A program made the position numbers and the translations under genes. From positions 96,001 through 160,000 of the forward strand of contig CAWELD010000004.1 in assembly GCA_963809895.1 (NCBI GenBank): 64,000 nt of DNA, given 5' to 3'. The first letter of the stretch is position 1, and the number at the start of each line of letters is the position of its first letter. The notes beneath the pieces are model-generated. The model did no database searches and was not told the DNA's origin. It was given only the letters and a program-made list of their open reading frames with translations. Positions 26,471 through 37,392 of the stretch are shown here, piece after piece. The stretch is from an uncultured Gemmatimonadales bacterium (GTDB lineage Bacteria > Gemmatimonadota > Gemmatimonadetes > Longimicrobiales > Gaopeijiaceae).

Positions 26471-26677
26471 CTCTCCCACCCACCCCACCTCCGACGGCGG
26501 GCCCTCACCCAGCGGCCCCACTCCGACGTGGTCTGCCCCCGCATCACGCGACTCGACTCGATCCCGACTCCCGAGGGTCAGCCGAGGGCCCCTCACGCGT
26601 ATGCTTGAACCGGGCGTGCCGCGCCGCGCCCCCGCGTTCCGCCAGAGCCGAACCGTGGACCTTCCGACGGGAGCTTC

Positions 26678-27865
26678 ATGAGCGCCTCATCCGCACTGAC
26701 ATCGCCATCGGCCGACCAGCTCGCGGAGCCCCGCTGGCCGCGCCCGGCCGCGCCGGCCGATGCATCGCCAACGGCAGCGCATACGGGCTCGGATCGCCGT
26801 CACCGCATGATCCTGATCGCGGCCCTGCCACTCGTACTGGGTGCGGCGCTGGTCGCGCAGTCAGCGGCGATGGGCCGCGCAGGAAACCCCGATCCCGTCC
26901 CGCTCCGTTACCTGCCCGGGCTCTTCTTTCCCTGGTTGTTGTACGGGCTCCTCGCGCCAGCGGTCTATCTGTTGGTCGAGCGCGTACCCTTGGCGGGCCC
27001 GGGATGGACCCGTCGTGTTCCGGTCCACGCGGTCGCCGCACTGGGCTTCGCCATGATCCACCAAGCCCTGGGCACGACGCTGCACCTAATGGTCTATCGC
27101 CCGCCGGACCTGAGCTGGCTTTCGTTCTACCGAAACAACCTCGGGGGATACCTGGTCTCCGAGGTCGTGCAGTACGTCTTCCTGGCCGGCACCTGCCATG
27201 CCCTCTTGTTCCGGGCGGATATCCGCGACCGGGAGCGGGCGCGCCTCCAACTGGAAGCGCGACTGGCCGAAGCCCGGTTGCAGGCGCTCTCCCGCCAGGT
27301 CAGTCCCCACTTTCTGTTGAATGCCCTCAACACCGTGGCGGCGCTCGCTCGTCGCGGCGATGCAGATGCAGTGTGCGAAGTGGTGAGCGACCTAGGTGAC
27401 CTGCTCCGTTTCACGCTGTCGGACGCCCACGGCCCACTGGTGCCCGTGTGGCGCGAGATCGAGGGCCTGGAGCGGTACGTCGCAATCCAGCGAGCCCGGT
27501 TCGGAGAGCGGCTCACGGTGCACATCGCCGTGGCTGCGGACGTGAGAGACGCGGCCGTACCCACCATGGTGTTGCAGCCCCTGGTGGAGAACGCCGTGAA
27601 GCACGGCCTTGCGCGCCACCGCGATGCGCTCACGGTCTCTGTCCGGCTGCGAACCGCCGACTCCACCGTGGAGCTGACCGTGGTGGACGATGGCCCGGGC
27701 TTTCCGACGCCACCGGACGGGCTGGAGTTGGGCGTCGGCCTGGAGAACCTCCAGGGCCGGCTGCAGGCGCTGTTCGGTGCCGAGAGCACTCTGGATCTGG
27801 GAAGGTCCGAGGCTGGCGGAGCCCGGGTTTGTGTCCGCTTTCCCTTCGCTGCGGCCGTGGCATGA
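26678..27865 (+). CDS. LytS-type sensor histidine kinase
   Basis: TM N-terminus; QVSPHFLLNALN, LQPLVENAVKHG, DDGPG, GVGLENLQGRL. Confidence 0.92.
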   Translation: MSASSALTSPSADQLAEPRWPRPAAPADASPTAAHTGSDRRHRMILIAALPLVLGAALVAQSAAMGRAGNPDPVPLRYLPGLFFPWLLYGLLAPAVYLLVERVPLAGPGWTRRVPVHAVAALGFAMIHQALGTTLHLMVYRPPDLSWLSFYRNNLGGYLVSEVVQYVFLAGTCHALLFRADIRDRERARLQLEARLAEARLQALSRQVSPHFLLNALNTVAALARRGDADAVCEVVSDLGDLLRFTLSDAHGPLVPVWREIEGLERYVAIQRARFGERLTVHIAVAADVRDAAVPTMVLQPLVENAVKHGLARHRDALTVSVRLRTADSTVELTVVDDGPGFPTPPDGLELGVGLENLQGRLQALFGAESTLDLGRSEAGGARVCVRFPFAAAVA

Positions 27866-28626
27866 ACCGTGTCGTGACGGCCGTCCTCGTGGACGATGAG
27901 CCCATGGGGCGAGAGTTCCTCACCCACGAGCTGGCACGTATCGGGGGTGTGGAGGTCACGGGCGCCGCCGCCGATGGCGCGACCGCGGTCGACGTGATCC
28001 GGCGGCTACGGCCCGACGTGGTATTCCTGGATATCGAGATGCCAGAGCTATCAGGAATCGGCGTGATCCGGGCCCTGGAAGACCGGCCGCTCGTCGTCTT
28101 CGTCACGGCGCACGACCGGTTCGCGGTGGAGGCGTACGAGCTGGATGTCCTGGATTATCTCACCAAGCCCATCCGGCGCGGCCGTCTGGAAGAAACCCTG
28201 CGGCGGATCCGAAAAGAACTGCGGCGACGCGCATCCGACGAGATATCACCTGCTCAGGAGACGCCGGACCGCAGGACAGACGCCATCGTGGACGAGAGCG
28301 GCAGGATCACGCGCTTCGTGTCCCGCAGCGGCGCGCGCATCCGTCTGGTCCGAGCCGACGCCGTGCACTGGGCATCCGCTGCCGGGAACTACGTGGAACT
28401 GCACACCGGTGACGAGACCCACCTCGTGCGCATGACGCTCAGCGAGTTGCAGGAGGGCCTCGACTCGGCGCGGTTCCAACGCATTCACCGCTCTCATCTC
28501 GTCAACCTCGACCGGATCGCGGAGATCCGCTCGGACGGCCACGGAGCGTGGGATGTCGAACTCCTGGGAGGCCGGATCCTCCGCCTCACGCCCACCTTCC
28601 GTGACCGTCTGCTCGGGGGACCCTGA
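27862..28626 (+). CDS. LytTR family response regulator
   Basis: VDDEP, FLDIEMP, FVTAHD, DYLTKP, AGNYVELH, FQRIHRSHLVN. Confidence 0.93.
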   Translation: MNRVVTAVLVDDEPMGREFLTHELARIGGVEVTGAAADGATAVDVIRRLRPDVVFLDIEMPELSGIGVIRALEDRPLVVFVTAHDRFAVEAYELDVLDYLTKPIRRGRLEETLRRIRKELRRRASDEISPAQETPDRRTDAIVDESGRITRFVSRSGARIRLVRADAVHWASAAGNYVELHTGDETHLVRMTLSELQEGLDSARFQRIHRSHLVNLDRIAEIRSDGHGAWDVELLGGRILRLTPTFRDRLLGGP

Positions 28627-28644
28627 CCCGCGATCCCGAATGGG

Positions 28645-29727
28645 CTACCTGGGTACGTAGCGGAGGTTCATGGCCTCCTTCCAGGTAGCGCCCCCGTCCC
28701 TGGACACCTGCCATGTCTCCAACACGCCCGAGCCCTCGGGCGCCAGGGTGTTCCGGACCTGGAACGATGCTCCATCGGGACCTTGATCCGTGCCCGTCAG
28801 TACCATCCGCTCACCATCCAGGTTTCCGCTGAGCTGCAGATAGCCTCCAGTATTGTCCGCGAGCGTGCGGAACCAACGGTCCTCCGCGAAATCCCAGAAG
28901 AGGAAGCTTCGGCTCCGATACCCGTTCTTGCCGACGAAATCCTGTTGAAGCAGACATCCGTTGAGGTCCGCGCGCACCTCGGCCGTACCGGCCTGCGTCC
29001 CGGGCGCGGCGACGGCGGTCCAGGACCCGAGCCAGAAATCCATCTCACGGAAGCCGGCCAGCACAACCTGGCAAAGGGTGAAGGCGGCGGGATCCGCGCG
29101 GTCGAGCTCCTCTGCCGGCTCGTAGATGCCGTCGAAGAGCACCTGCTGAGCGGCGTCGTCGAAGGATCCGACGATCGTCTGATGGACCGATCCGTCGCCG
29201 ACATCGGTCCAGGTCGAGGTAGCCTCACGGCTCACGATGGCGCCCAGCCCGAAGTGGTAGACCTGCTGAACGCTGGACATCTCCATCTGCCCCGGAGAAG
29301 CCATACCGTCGACACGGTAGTTTCCGAGCAGGTTGTCCTGGTAGACCTGGTGCCATTGCCCGGTGGCGGCCTCGTAGACGCTCATGCTGCGGGCCTCGGC
29401 ACCGCCGGAGTTGATGAAGTCCTCCATGACCACGCAGCCGTCCAGGGCCGTGGTGACCACATCGGTGGCCACCACGTTCCCGTCGCGCAGAACATTCCAG
29501 TTGCCCAGCCAGAAGTCGAAGTCGCGGGTTCCGGGCGCGGGGCAGGGGTGGGGCACGGCGCGCGTGAGCGTTCCCAGGCCGTACACGGACAGGCCCGACG
29601 CCTTCGCGACGGTGGGCGCTGCCGGACCCATGGCGGAATCGGGCGTCGTGCCAGTGTCGACACACGCAGCTCCCGCGAGGAGGACGCAAGCGCAGGTAGT
29701 GGCGAGAATCGGTAGAGAAAGTCGCAT
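28645..29727 (-). CDS. Predicted lipoprotein with two tandem FDFWLG domains, unknown function
   Basis: Lipobox-like LAGAAC; repeats C..RDFDFWLGNW..LDGCVVME and C..REMDFWLGSW..LNGCLLQQ. Confidence 0.7.
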   Translation of the reverse strand: MRLSLPILATTCACVLLAGAACVDTGTTPDSAMGPAAPTVAKASGLSVYGLGTLTRAVPHPCPAPGTRDFDFWLGNWNVLRDGNVVATDVVTTALDGCVVMEDFINSGGAEARSMSVYEAATGQWHQVYQDNLLGNYRVDGMASPGQMEMSSVQQVYHFGLGAIVSREATSTWTDVGDGSVHQTIVGSFDDAAQQVLFDGIYEPAEELDRADPAAFTLCQVVLAGFREMDFWLGSWTAVAAPGTQAGTAEVRADLNGCLLQQDFVGKNGYRSRSFLFWDFAEDRWFRTLADNTGGYLQLSGNLDGERMVLTGTDQGPDGASFQVRNTLAPEGSGVLETWQVSRDGGATWKEAMNLRYVPR

Positions 29728-29966
29728 GGCGTCGCTCATGATCAGGGAGTGAATGGGAAAGGGACGTTGGAGAGGGTGGGATCGTCGCTCGCCCCGGGAA
29801 ACGGCCGTGGGGCGTCCGTGTGACCAGGACCGTGCCTCGGGGCCGGACGCTGTGGAGCCGCATCCCGCCACGTGGCCCGTCGCCGATGGAGCCTCCTTGC
29901 CTACCAGCGACCACCGGAGGCACCTTGCGTGCCCGGATCCCTCATGTCGCGACGGCCGGGAGCGCC

Positions 29967-30812
29967 ATGCCCACCCTCCTCATCCTGTCCGATGACGACG
30001 CCCGGCGCAGAGCGCACCTGACGGGCAGCCTCGGACGCCGCCACAGACTGGTGGACGCCGTCTCCTGGGCCGGGGTGCCCACCCTCATGGAGCGCGACGA
30101 CATCCACGGCGTGTTGGTGGACGCGTCCATGGCTCGGCGGCTCCCCTTCGGCGAGCTCGCCTGGCTGCGTCGGCAGCACGACGGGGTGGCCACCGTGGTG
30201 CTCGTGGATCCGCGGGGTCGGGAGCTGGAGCTCTTTCGGCTGGGTCGCCTCGGCGTGGACGGCATCGTGCTGGATACGCCCACCAACGGCACCCCGCAGC
30301 ATCTGAGGGAGGCCCTGGAACGGGCGCTGGCGCGCGCGGCGGGGCGCCGGGTGGCGGCCCGCCTGGCCGGCCACGCCCCCTCGCTGCTGGTGGAGGGCGT
30401 GGCCTGGGCCGTCGCCCATGCCCACTCCGATCCGGGTCCGGCGGACCTGGCGCGCTCCACCGCCCGCTCTCTGCGCGCCTTCCGGCGCGAGCTCCGACGC
30501 GCGCAGTTGCCGTCCCCCTCGCGCATTCTGCTGTGGGGCCGTCTCTTGAGGGCCGCCCATCTCCTGGATCGGGACGATCGGGCCGTGGAGCCCGTGGCAC
30601 ACAAGCTGGGCTACTCCACCGCCTCGTCCCTGTCCCGGGCCCTGCGCCGCGAGACGGGCCTTCCACCCTCGGAGATCCGGAATCGCGGAGGCGTGACATG
30701 CGTGCTGGACGCCCTTCTCAAAGGTCCGGACCTGCCGCCGCGGTGGCCCCGGCCGTCGCAGGCCCCGGGAGGCCGGCGGGTTCCCGCGAGAAACGCCCTG
30801 CCGCGCGGATGA
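29967..30812 (+). CDS. AraC family transcriptional regulator
   Basis: C-terminal LARSTARSLRAFRR...VAHKLGYSTASSLSRALRRETGLPPSEIR; degenerate REC-like N-terminus. Confidence 0.85.
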   Translation: MPTLLILSDDDARRRAHLTGSLGRRHRLVDAVSWAGVPTLMERDDIHGVLVDASMARRLPFGELAWLRRQHDGVATVVLVDPRGRELELFRLGRLGVDGIVLDTPTNGTPQHLREALERALARAAGRRVAARLAGHAPSLLVEGVAWAVAHAHSDPGPADLARSTARSLRAFRRELRRAQLPSPSRILLWGRLLRAAHLLDRDDRAVEPVAHKLGYSTASSLSRALRRETGLPPSEIRNRGGVTCVLDALLKGPDLPPRWPRPSQAPGGRRVPARNALPRG

Positions 30813-32321
30813 AGGGCATCGGCACCCTCTGGCTCGTGTTCCTGCTGTCGGGGCTGACGAGCGCCTGCGGACCCCGCGTTGCTCCTCCGGCGCCCCCGCC
30901 GGCCTCCATCGACGCCCTTCTCGACCATCCGCCGTTGTCCGCGGTGCACTTCGGGATGCTGGTCTTCGACCCGAGCACCGGCGACACGCTCTACCGGCGC
31001 AATCCCGCGCGACACTTCGCGCCCGCCTCGAATCAGAAGCTCCTGTCCACCTCGGCGGCGATCCTGAGGCTCGGTCCCGACTATCGCTTCGTCACGGAGC
31101 TGCGGGGGCCGGCCTCGGGCTCCGACGCCGACGGCGTGCTCGACGGCGACCTGGTGCTCGCGGGCCACGGCGATCCCACGCTCTCCGATCGTTTCTGGCC
31201 CGACGCCCAGGCACCGTTGCGGGCCCTGGCGGATTCTCTCCTGGCCGCCGGCGTGCGCACGGTCCGGGGGCGCCTCGTGGTGGACGTGTCCCGATGGGAC
31301 TCCGCCACGGTGCGCACCACCTGGATGGTCGACGATCTCCCCTACCGCTACGCCTCCACCGGCGGCGCCTTCGTTCTGGCAGAGGGCGAGACCACGGTCT
31401 TCGTCACGGGAACGACACCGGGTCGGCCGGCCGAGGTCCGCTGGTCACCGCTGGGTGACGACGACTTCGTGCGGAGCGAGGTGCTCACGGTTCCGGCCGG
31501 CGACAGCGCCCGGGTGCGGGTGTCCTATCTGCCCGAGTCGCGCCGCCTGCACCTGGTCGGCGAGGTGGAGGCGGGGGCGGTGGACACCCTGCACCTGGCG
31601 ACGCGGGATCCCGTGGGCCAGTCCTCCCGCGCTCTGCTGCGCGCCCTGGAAGCAGCCGGCATCCGGATCGAGGGGGGACTCCACGTGGCCTGGGACGCCG
31701 ACGAGCCTCTTCAGGGGGGATGCCGGACCGGCGACCATGGAGTCGTGCACGGGCATGCGCCCACTGGCGACGCTCACCTCGCCTCCCCTCATGGAGATCG
31801 TGGCGGCCCTCCTGAAGCCCAGTCAGAACTGGATGACCGAACAGCTGGTGCACCATCTGGGCGAGGTGGAGACGGGTCACGCGTCGTGGCCCGACGGGCT
31901 GGACGTGGTGCGCTCGATGATGCGGGACTCCCTGGGCGTGGACACCCTGGACCTGCATCTCGTGGACGGCTCGGGGCTGTCGGCCTACGACCTGGTCACG
32001 CCCCGGGCGCTGGGCCGCCTCCTCGCCGGTGTGCGCGCCCGTCCGTGGGGAGCTGCGTATCGCCAGGCCCTGGCCCAGCCCGGCGAGGAGGAGAGCACGC
32101 TGGAGAACCGCCTGGAGGATCTCGGCGGCCGGGTCCAGGCCAAGACCGGCACCATCACCCACGTCAACTCGCTGAGCGGCTACCTCACCACCGTATCGGG
32201 GCGGGAGCTCGTGTTCGTGCTTCTCTCCAACGGCTCGGGGCTCCCTTCCCGCAGGGTGCGCGACGCGCTGGACCGGATCGTGGAGGCCCTGGCCGCGGAG
32301 CGTCCCGTCACACTCCCCTGA
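30809..32321 (+). pseudogene. dacB: D-Ala-D-Ala carboxypeptidase/endopeptidase (PBP4, peptidase S13), frameshifted at about 31714-31736 (possibly assembly error)
   Basis: Lipobox LTSAC, PASNQK and GHGDPTL in one frame; SQN, DGSGLS, AKTGT in the +1 frame. Confidence 0.88.
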
Positions 32322-33183
32322 GCAGGGCGGCACGGGTCGCCCGGTACCCCTCCTCCAGGAAGTAGCGCACGTGCTGGAAGTCGAAGGTGCCGTAGCCTTC
32401 CATGCGGGGCCGCACGAAGAGAAGCGGGGGAGCTTCCCAGTGCGCCACCAGGTCCACCCGCCGTCGCCAAGACATGAGGCTGAAGACCCGCTGGTGCACC
32501 GCGATCATCCCTCCGGCCAGCACATCGTTGGTGGGGTTGTGCTGACCAGAGCCCACGTCGACCGCCACGATCCCCGACGCGTCGAGCTCCGCCGCGCGGT
32601 GCAGCGGTAGCGCCCACTCGGCGCCCCCGTCCACGAAGGCACGGTCTGCGATCCGAGCCGGAGGATAGAACACGGGCAACGCCATGGAGGCGTAGAGCGC
32701 GTCGGCCAGGGATACGTCCTCGTCCGTACCGGACCCGAACCAGGTGGTGAGCCCGGATTCCAGGTCCACGGCGTTCACCTGCAGCGGAAGATCGAGCTCG
32801 TCCCACCGCTTCACCGGCAAGGTGTCTTCGATGTAGCGGCGCAACGGCTCTTCCAGGAGGAGGGATTCCTGCCGGATGCCGTTGAAGAGGAGCGCCCGGC
32901 GGTTGATGCGGGCGATGTCCAGGCGCTCCAGGGCGAAGGCCAGCCGCACCAGTTCCCGGTACCCCATGCCGGAGGCGACGAGGGCTCCCACCAACGCACC
33001 GATGGAGGTGCCCACGATTCCGGCCACCTCCACCTCCGCTTCCTCCAGGGCCTGCCACGCACCGACGTGCGCCAGGCCGCGAAGACCACCGCCCCCCAGA
33101 ACGAGCCAGATCCGATCCCCCAGGTCCTCCACGGAGCCCGGGGTCCAGGTGTCGTGCGGGTGCGCCTCCGGGGGATCCATCAT
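32308..33183 (-). CDS. Patatin-like phospholipase
   Basis: GGGGLRG, GTSIG, ASMALP, DGG motifs. Confidence 0.92.
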   Translation of the reverse strand: MMDPPEAHPHDTWTPGSVEDLGDRIWLVLGGGGLRGLAHVGAWQALEEAEVEVAGIVGTSIGALVGALVASGMGYRELVRLAFALERLDIARINRRALLFNGIRQESLLLEEPLRRYIEDTLPVKRWDELDLPLQVNAVDLESGLTTWFGSGTDEDVSLADALYASMALPVFYPPARIADRAFVDGGAEWALPLHRAAELDASGIVAVDVGSGQHNPTNDVLAGGMIAVHQRVFSLMSWRRRVDLVAHWEAPPLLFVRPRMEGYGTFDFQHVRYFLEEGYRATRAALLRGV

Positions 33184-33327
33184 CGCCGTGGCCCGAGGTC
33201 CCGGCGAAGGGCCGGGGGGTGGGATGCGAATGCGCAGGCCGGAGGCTGGATCCCTGCCCCGGGGGACGGGTACCACGTCGCCCCCTGACGAGGGGAATCG
33301 GGCCAGGCGTGGAGGGGCCGGGAGCGG

Positions 33328-33378
33328 TTGACCCGCTCCGTCCGCCCACCTAGCTTGATGAAACCGATAATCATTCTT
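33328..33378 (+). promoter_or_regulatory. Sigma-70 promoter with Fur-box-like operator upstream of suf operon
   Basis: TTGACC(33328)-N17-TAGCTT(33351); GAAACCGATAATCATTCTT (33360-33378) matches 14/19 of GATAATGATAATCATTATC. Confidence 0.7.
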
Positions 33379-33411
33379 GTTAATCGCCTCCAACGTACCC
33401 TGGAATCACGC

Positions 33412-34197
<786 letters not shown>

Positions 34198-34248
34198 CGC
34201 CCGCACTCCGCACGCACGTCACAGCGCCCCCAACGCCACGGAAACACC

Positions 34249-35664
34249 ATGCCGCAGAACGAAGTCATCCAGGGTCTCGACCTCGACGAGTACAAGTACG
34301 GATTCGTCGATAAAGAGGAGCACGTCTTCCGGACCCAACCGGGCCTCAGCGAACAGGTCGTGCGCCAGATCTCGGCGCACAAGGGTGAGCCCGAGTGGAT
34401 GCTCGACTTCCGCCTCAAGGCCCTGAAGATCTACGAGTCCAAGCCCATGCCCACCTGGGGCGGCGATCTCAGCAAGCTCCAGGAGACGCTGGAAGACATC
34501 TACTTCTACGTGAAGCCCCAGGACCACATGGAGCGCTCCTGGGACGACGTGCCGGAGAAGATCAAGGAGACCTTCGAGAAGCTCGGGATTCCCGAGGCCG
34601 AACAGAAGATCCTGGCGGGCGTGGGGGCCCAGTACGAATCGGAGATGGTCTACCACTCCCTGAAGCAGGAGTGGGACGAGAAGGGCGTGATCTTCGATTC
34701 CATCGAGGACGGCCTCAGGAACCACCCCGAGCTCTTCCGGGAGTACTTCGCCACGGTGATCCCCGCGGCGGACAACAAATTCTCTGCCATGAACTCCGCG
34801 GTCTGGTCCGGCGGGTCGTTCGTGTACATCCCCAAGGGCGTGCAACTCGAGACGCCTCTCCAGGCCTACTTCCGGGTCAATCAGGAGCGCATGGGGCAGT
34901 TCGAGCGCACCCTCATCATCGCCGACGAGGGATCGCGTGCCCACTACATCGAGGGCTGCACGGCGCCGGTCTACTCGACGGAATCGTTCCACTCGGGCGT
35001 CATCGAGATCATCGTCAAGCCCGGGGCCCGCTTCCGCTACACCACGATCCAGAACTGGTCGAACAACATGTACAACCTCGTGACCCAGCGAGCGCTGGTG
35101 CACGAGGGCGCGACCATGGAATGGCTCGACGGGAACCTGGGCTCCAAGCTCACCATGAAGTACCCGTCCTGCTATCTGGTCGGGGAGCGGGCCCACGGCT
35201 CCATCCTGTCCATCGCCTACGCCGGCGACGGCCAGCACCAGGACACCGGCGGCAAGGTGGTGCACGCGGCGCCGCACACCACCTCGTCCATCGTCTCCAA
35301 GTCCATCTCCAAGGGGACCGGCCGAAGCACCTACCGGGGGCTGTGCAAGGTCTACGAGGGGTCCGTGGGGGCCCGCTCCAACGTCGAGTGCGATGCGCTC
35401 CTCATCAACGACACCTCGCGCACCGACACCTACCCCTACATCGAGATCGAGGAGAAGCTGGCCAACGTCGGCCACGAGGCCACGGTCTCGAAGGTGGGCG
35501 ACGAGCAGCTCTTCTACCTCATGAGCCGGGGGATGAGCGAAGAGGAGGCCATGGCGCTCATCGTGCGCGGCTTCATCGAGCCCATCGCCAAGGAGCTGCC
35601 GCTGGAGTACGCCGTGGAGCTCAACCGGCTCATCGAGCTGGAGATGGAAGGCTCGGTCGGCTGA
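34249..35664 (+). CDS. sufB: Fe-S assembly protein SufB
   Basis: [40 protein letters not shown]. Confidence 0.97.
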   Translation: MPQNEVIQGLDLDEYKYGFVDKEEHVFRTQPGLSEQVVRQISAHKGEPEWMLDFRLKALKIYESKPMPTWGGDLSKLQETLEDIYFYVKPQDHMERSWDDVPEKIKETFEKLGIPEAEQKILAGVGAQYESEMVYHSLKQEWDEKGVIFDSIEDGLRNHPELFREYFATVIPAADNKFSAMNSAVWSGGSFVYIPKGVQLETPLQAYFRVNQERMGQFERTLIIADEGSRAHYIEGCTAPVYSTESFHSGVIEIIVKPGARFRYTTIQNWSNNMYNLVTQRALVHEGATMEWLDGNLGSKLTMKYPSCYLVGERAHGSILSIAYAGDGQHQDTGGKVVHAAPHTTSSIVSKSISKGTGRSTYRGLCKVYEGSVGARSNVECDALLINDTSRTDTYPYIEIEEKLANVGHEATVSKVGDEQLFYLMSRGMSEEEAMALIVRGFIEPIAKELPLEYAVELNRLIELEMEGSVG

Positions 35665-35717
35665 GCCCGACACCGACGACGCACCTGGACACGCAACGCA
35701 CTGAGACTACGGACGAT

Positions 35718-37064
35718 ATGGCGACCATGACGGGAACGGGACTGGGCGAAGGCGTCACCGAGGCGCTCAACCGATCGGCGGTGGAAGCGCGCTCCCAGGG
35801 TGAGCCCGAGTGGCTCCGGACCCGCCGGCTGCACGCCTGGGACGTGTACGAGCGCACCCCCATGCCCACCACGCGCCTGGAGCAATGGCGCTACACGGAC
35901 CTGTCGCGCACGCTCGAGCTGGACGCGCTCCGCCTGGGCACCACCGAGGCTCGCGAAGACGATCCGTCGTCGTATCCGGCGCGGTTGCGCGAAGCCATGG
36001 AGGAGGACCACGAAGCCTCGGGCCATCTGGTCCTCATCGACGGCGCCGTGGTTCACACCGACATCCGCGAGGACCTGGCCTCCAAGGGCGTGGTCCTGAG
36101 CTCGTTGCGCGAAGCGGTGGCCGCTCACCCGGAGCTGGTCGAGAAGTACCTGGCCACCGAGGCGGTACCGCCCGAGGAAGGCAAGTTCGCGGCGCTCAAC
36201 GCGGCCCTGTGGAGCGACGGGATCTTCCTGTACGTGCCGAAGGGCGTGCATCTGGAGAATCCCGTGCGGGTGACCCGCTGGATCTCCGAGGCCGGCGCGG
36301 CCTTCTTCAGCCGCACCCTGATCGTGGCCGAGCCCACGAGCCAGGTGTCGTACGTGGACGAGATCCTGTCCGACGATCTGGATACCCAGTCCCTGTCGTC
36401 GTCGGCGGTGGAGGTCATCACCCGCGACGGCGCGCAGGTGCAGTACGTGGCCGTGCAGCGCCTGGGGCGTGGGGCCTTCTACCAGTCGCAGCAGCGCACA
36501 CTGGCCTACCGTGACTCGACGCTGGACACCCTCAACGTGAACCTGGGCGCCAGCGTCAGCCGCGTGGACCTGAACGCGCGACTCCTGGGGCCCGGCGCCA
36601 ACAGCGACATGCTGGGACTCTACTTCGGTGACGGCCACCAGCATTTCGACCACAACACCAGCCAGGACCACGTGGCCCCCAACGCCTTCAGCGACCTTCT
36701 CTACAAGGGGGCGCTGGACGACCGCAGTCGGGCCGTGTTCCGCGGCATCATCCGGGTCCATCCCGGCGCCCAGCAGACCGACGCCTACCAGACCAACCGC
36801 AACCTGATCCTGTCCGAGCACGCCCGCGCCGACTCGCTCCCCAACCTGGAGATCGAGGCCGACGACGTGAAATGCTCCCACGGGGCCACCGTGGGGCAGC
36901 TCGACGAGGACGCCCTCTTCTATCTGATGAGCCGCGGGCTGTCGCGGGAGCGCGCCGAGCGGCTCGTGGTGACGGGCTTCCTGGGCGAGGTGCTCCAGCG
37001 GCTGCCGCTGGGCGGCGTCGTGGAGAAGGTCACCCGGGCCATCGCGGAGAAGCTCCGGGGCTGA
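35718..37064 (+). CDS. sufD: Fe-S assembly protein SufD
   Basis: EQWRYTD, QTDAYQTNRNL, PNLEIEADDVKCSHGATVG, FYLMSRG. Confidence 0.95.
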   Translation: MATMTGTGLGEGVTEALNRSAVEARSQGEPEWLRTRRLHAWDVYERTPMPTTRLEQWRYTDLSRTLELDALRLGTTEAREDDPSSYPARLREAMEEDHEASGHLVLIDGAVVHTDIREDLASKGVVLSSLREAVAAHPELVEKYLATEAVPPEEGKFAALNAALWSDGIFLYVPKGVHLENPVRVTRWISEAGAAFFSRTLIVAEPTSQVSYVDEILSDDLDTQSLSSSAVEVITRDGAQVQYVAVQRLGRGAFYQSQQRTLAYRDSTLDTLNVNLGASVSRVDLNARLLGPGANSDMLGLYFGDGHQHFDHNTSQDHVAPNAFSDLLYKGALDDRSRAVFRGIIRVHPGAQQTDAYQTNRNLILSEHARADSLPNLEIEADDVKCSHGATVGQLDEDALFYLMSRGLSRERAERLVVTGFLGEVLQRLPLGGVVEKVTRAIAEKLRG

Positions 37065-37080
37065 GCCCCGGGACGGCGGC

Positions 37081-37392
37081 ATGACGGACTGGGTCCGCGT
37101 CACCGAGGCGAGCCGCTGCACGCCGGACACGCTCGTCGCGGTGGAGGCCGGGGGAGAGCGCATCGTGCTGGCCAACGTGGAAGGCGACATCTACGCCCTG
37201 GAAGACCGCTGCTCCCACGAGGACTTCCCCCTCTCCGACGGCGATCTCTCGGGCAGCCACCTCACCTGTATGCATCACGGGGCCAGCTTCGATGCCTGCA
37301 GCGGTCGGGCCACCGGTCTGCCGGCCATCCGCCCGGTGCGGACCTACCCCGTCGAGGTCCGCGACGGCGACGTCTTCGTCCAGGTGGGATGA
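37081..37392 (+). CDS. Rieske-type [2Fe-2S] ferredoxin
   Basis: CSH...CMHHG Rieske motif, FDACSG. Confidence 0.9.
   Translation: MTDWVRVTEASRCTPDTLVAVEAGGERIVLANVEGDIYALEDRCSHEDFPLSDGDLSGSHLTCMHHGASFDACSGRATGLPAIRPVRTYPVEVRDGDVFVQVG

Noticed and set aside
29888..29900. TGGAGCCTCCTTGC as a sigma-54 promoter
   Set aside because: GG-GC spacing is 9 nt, not the required 10.
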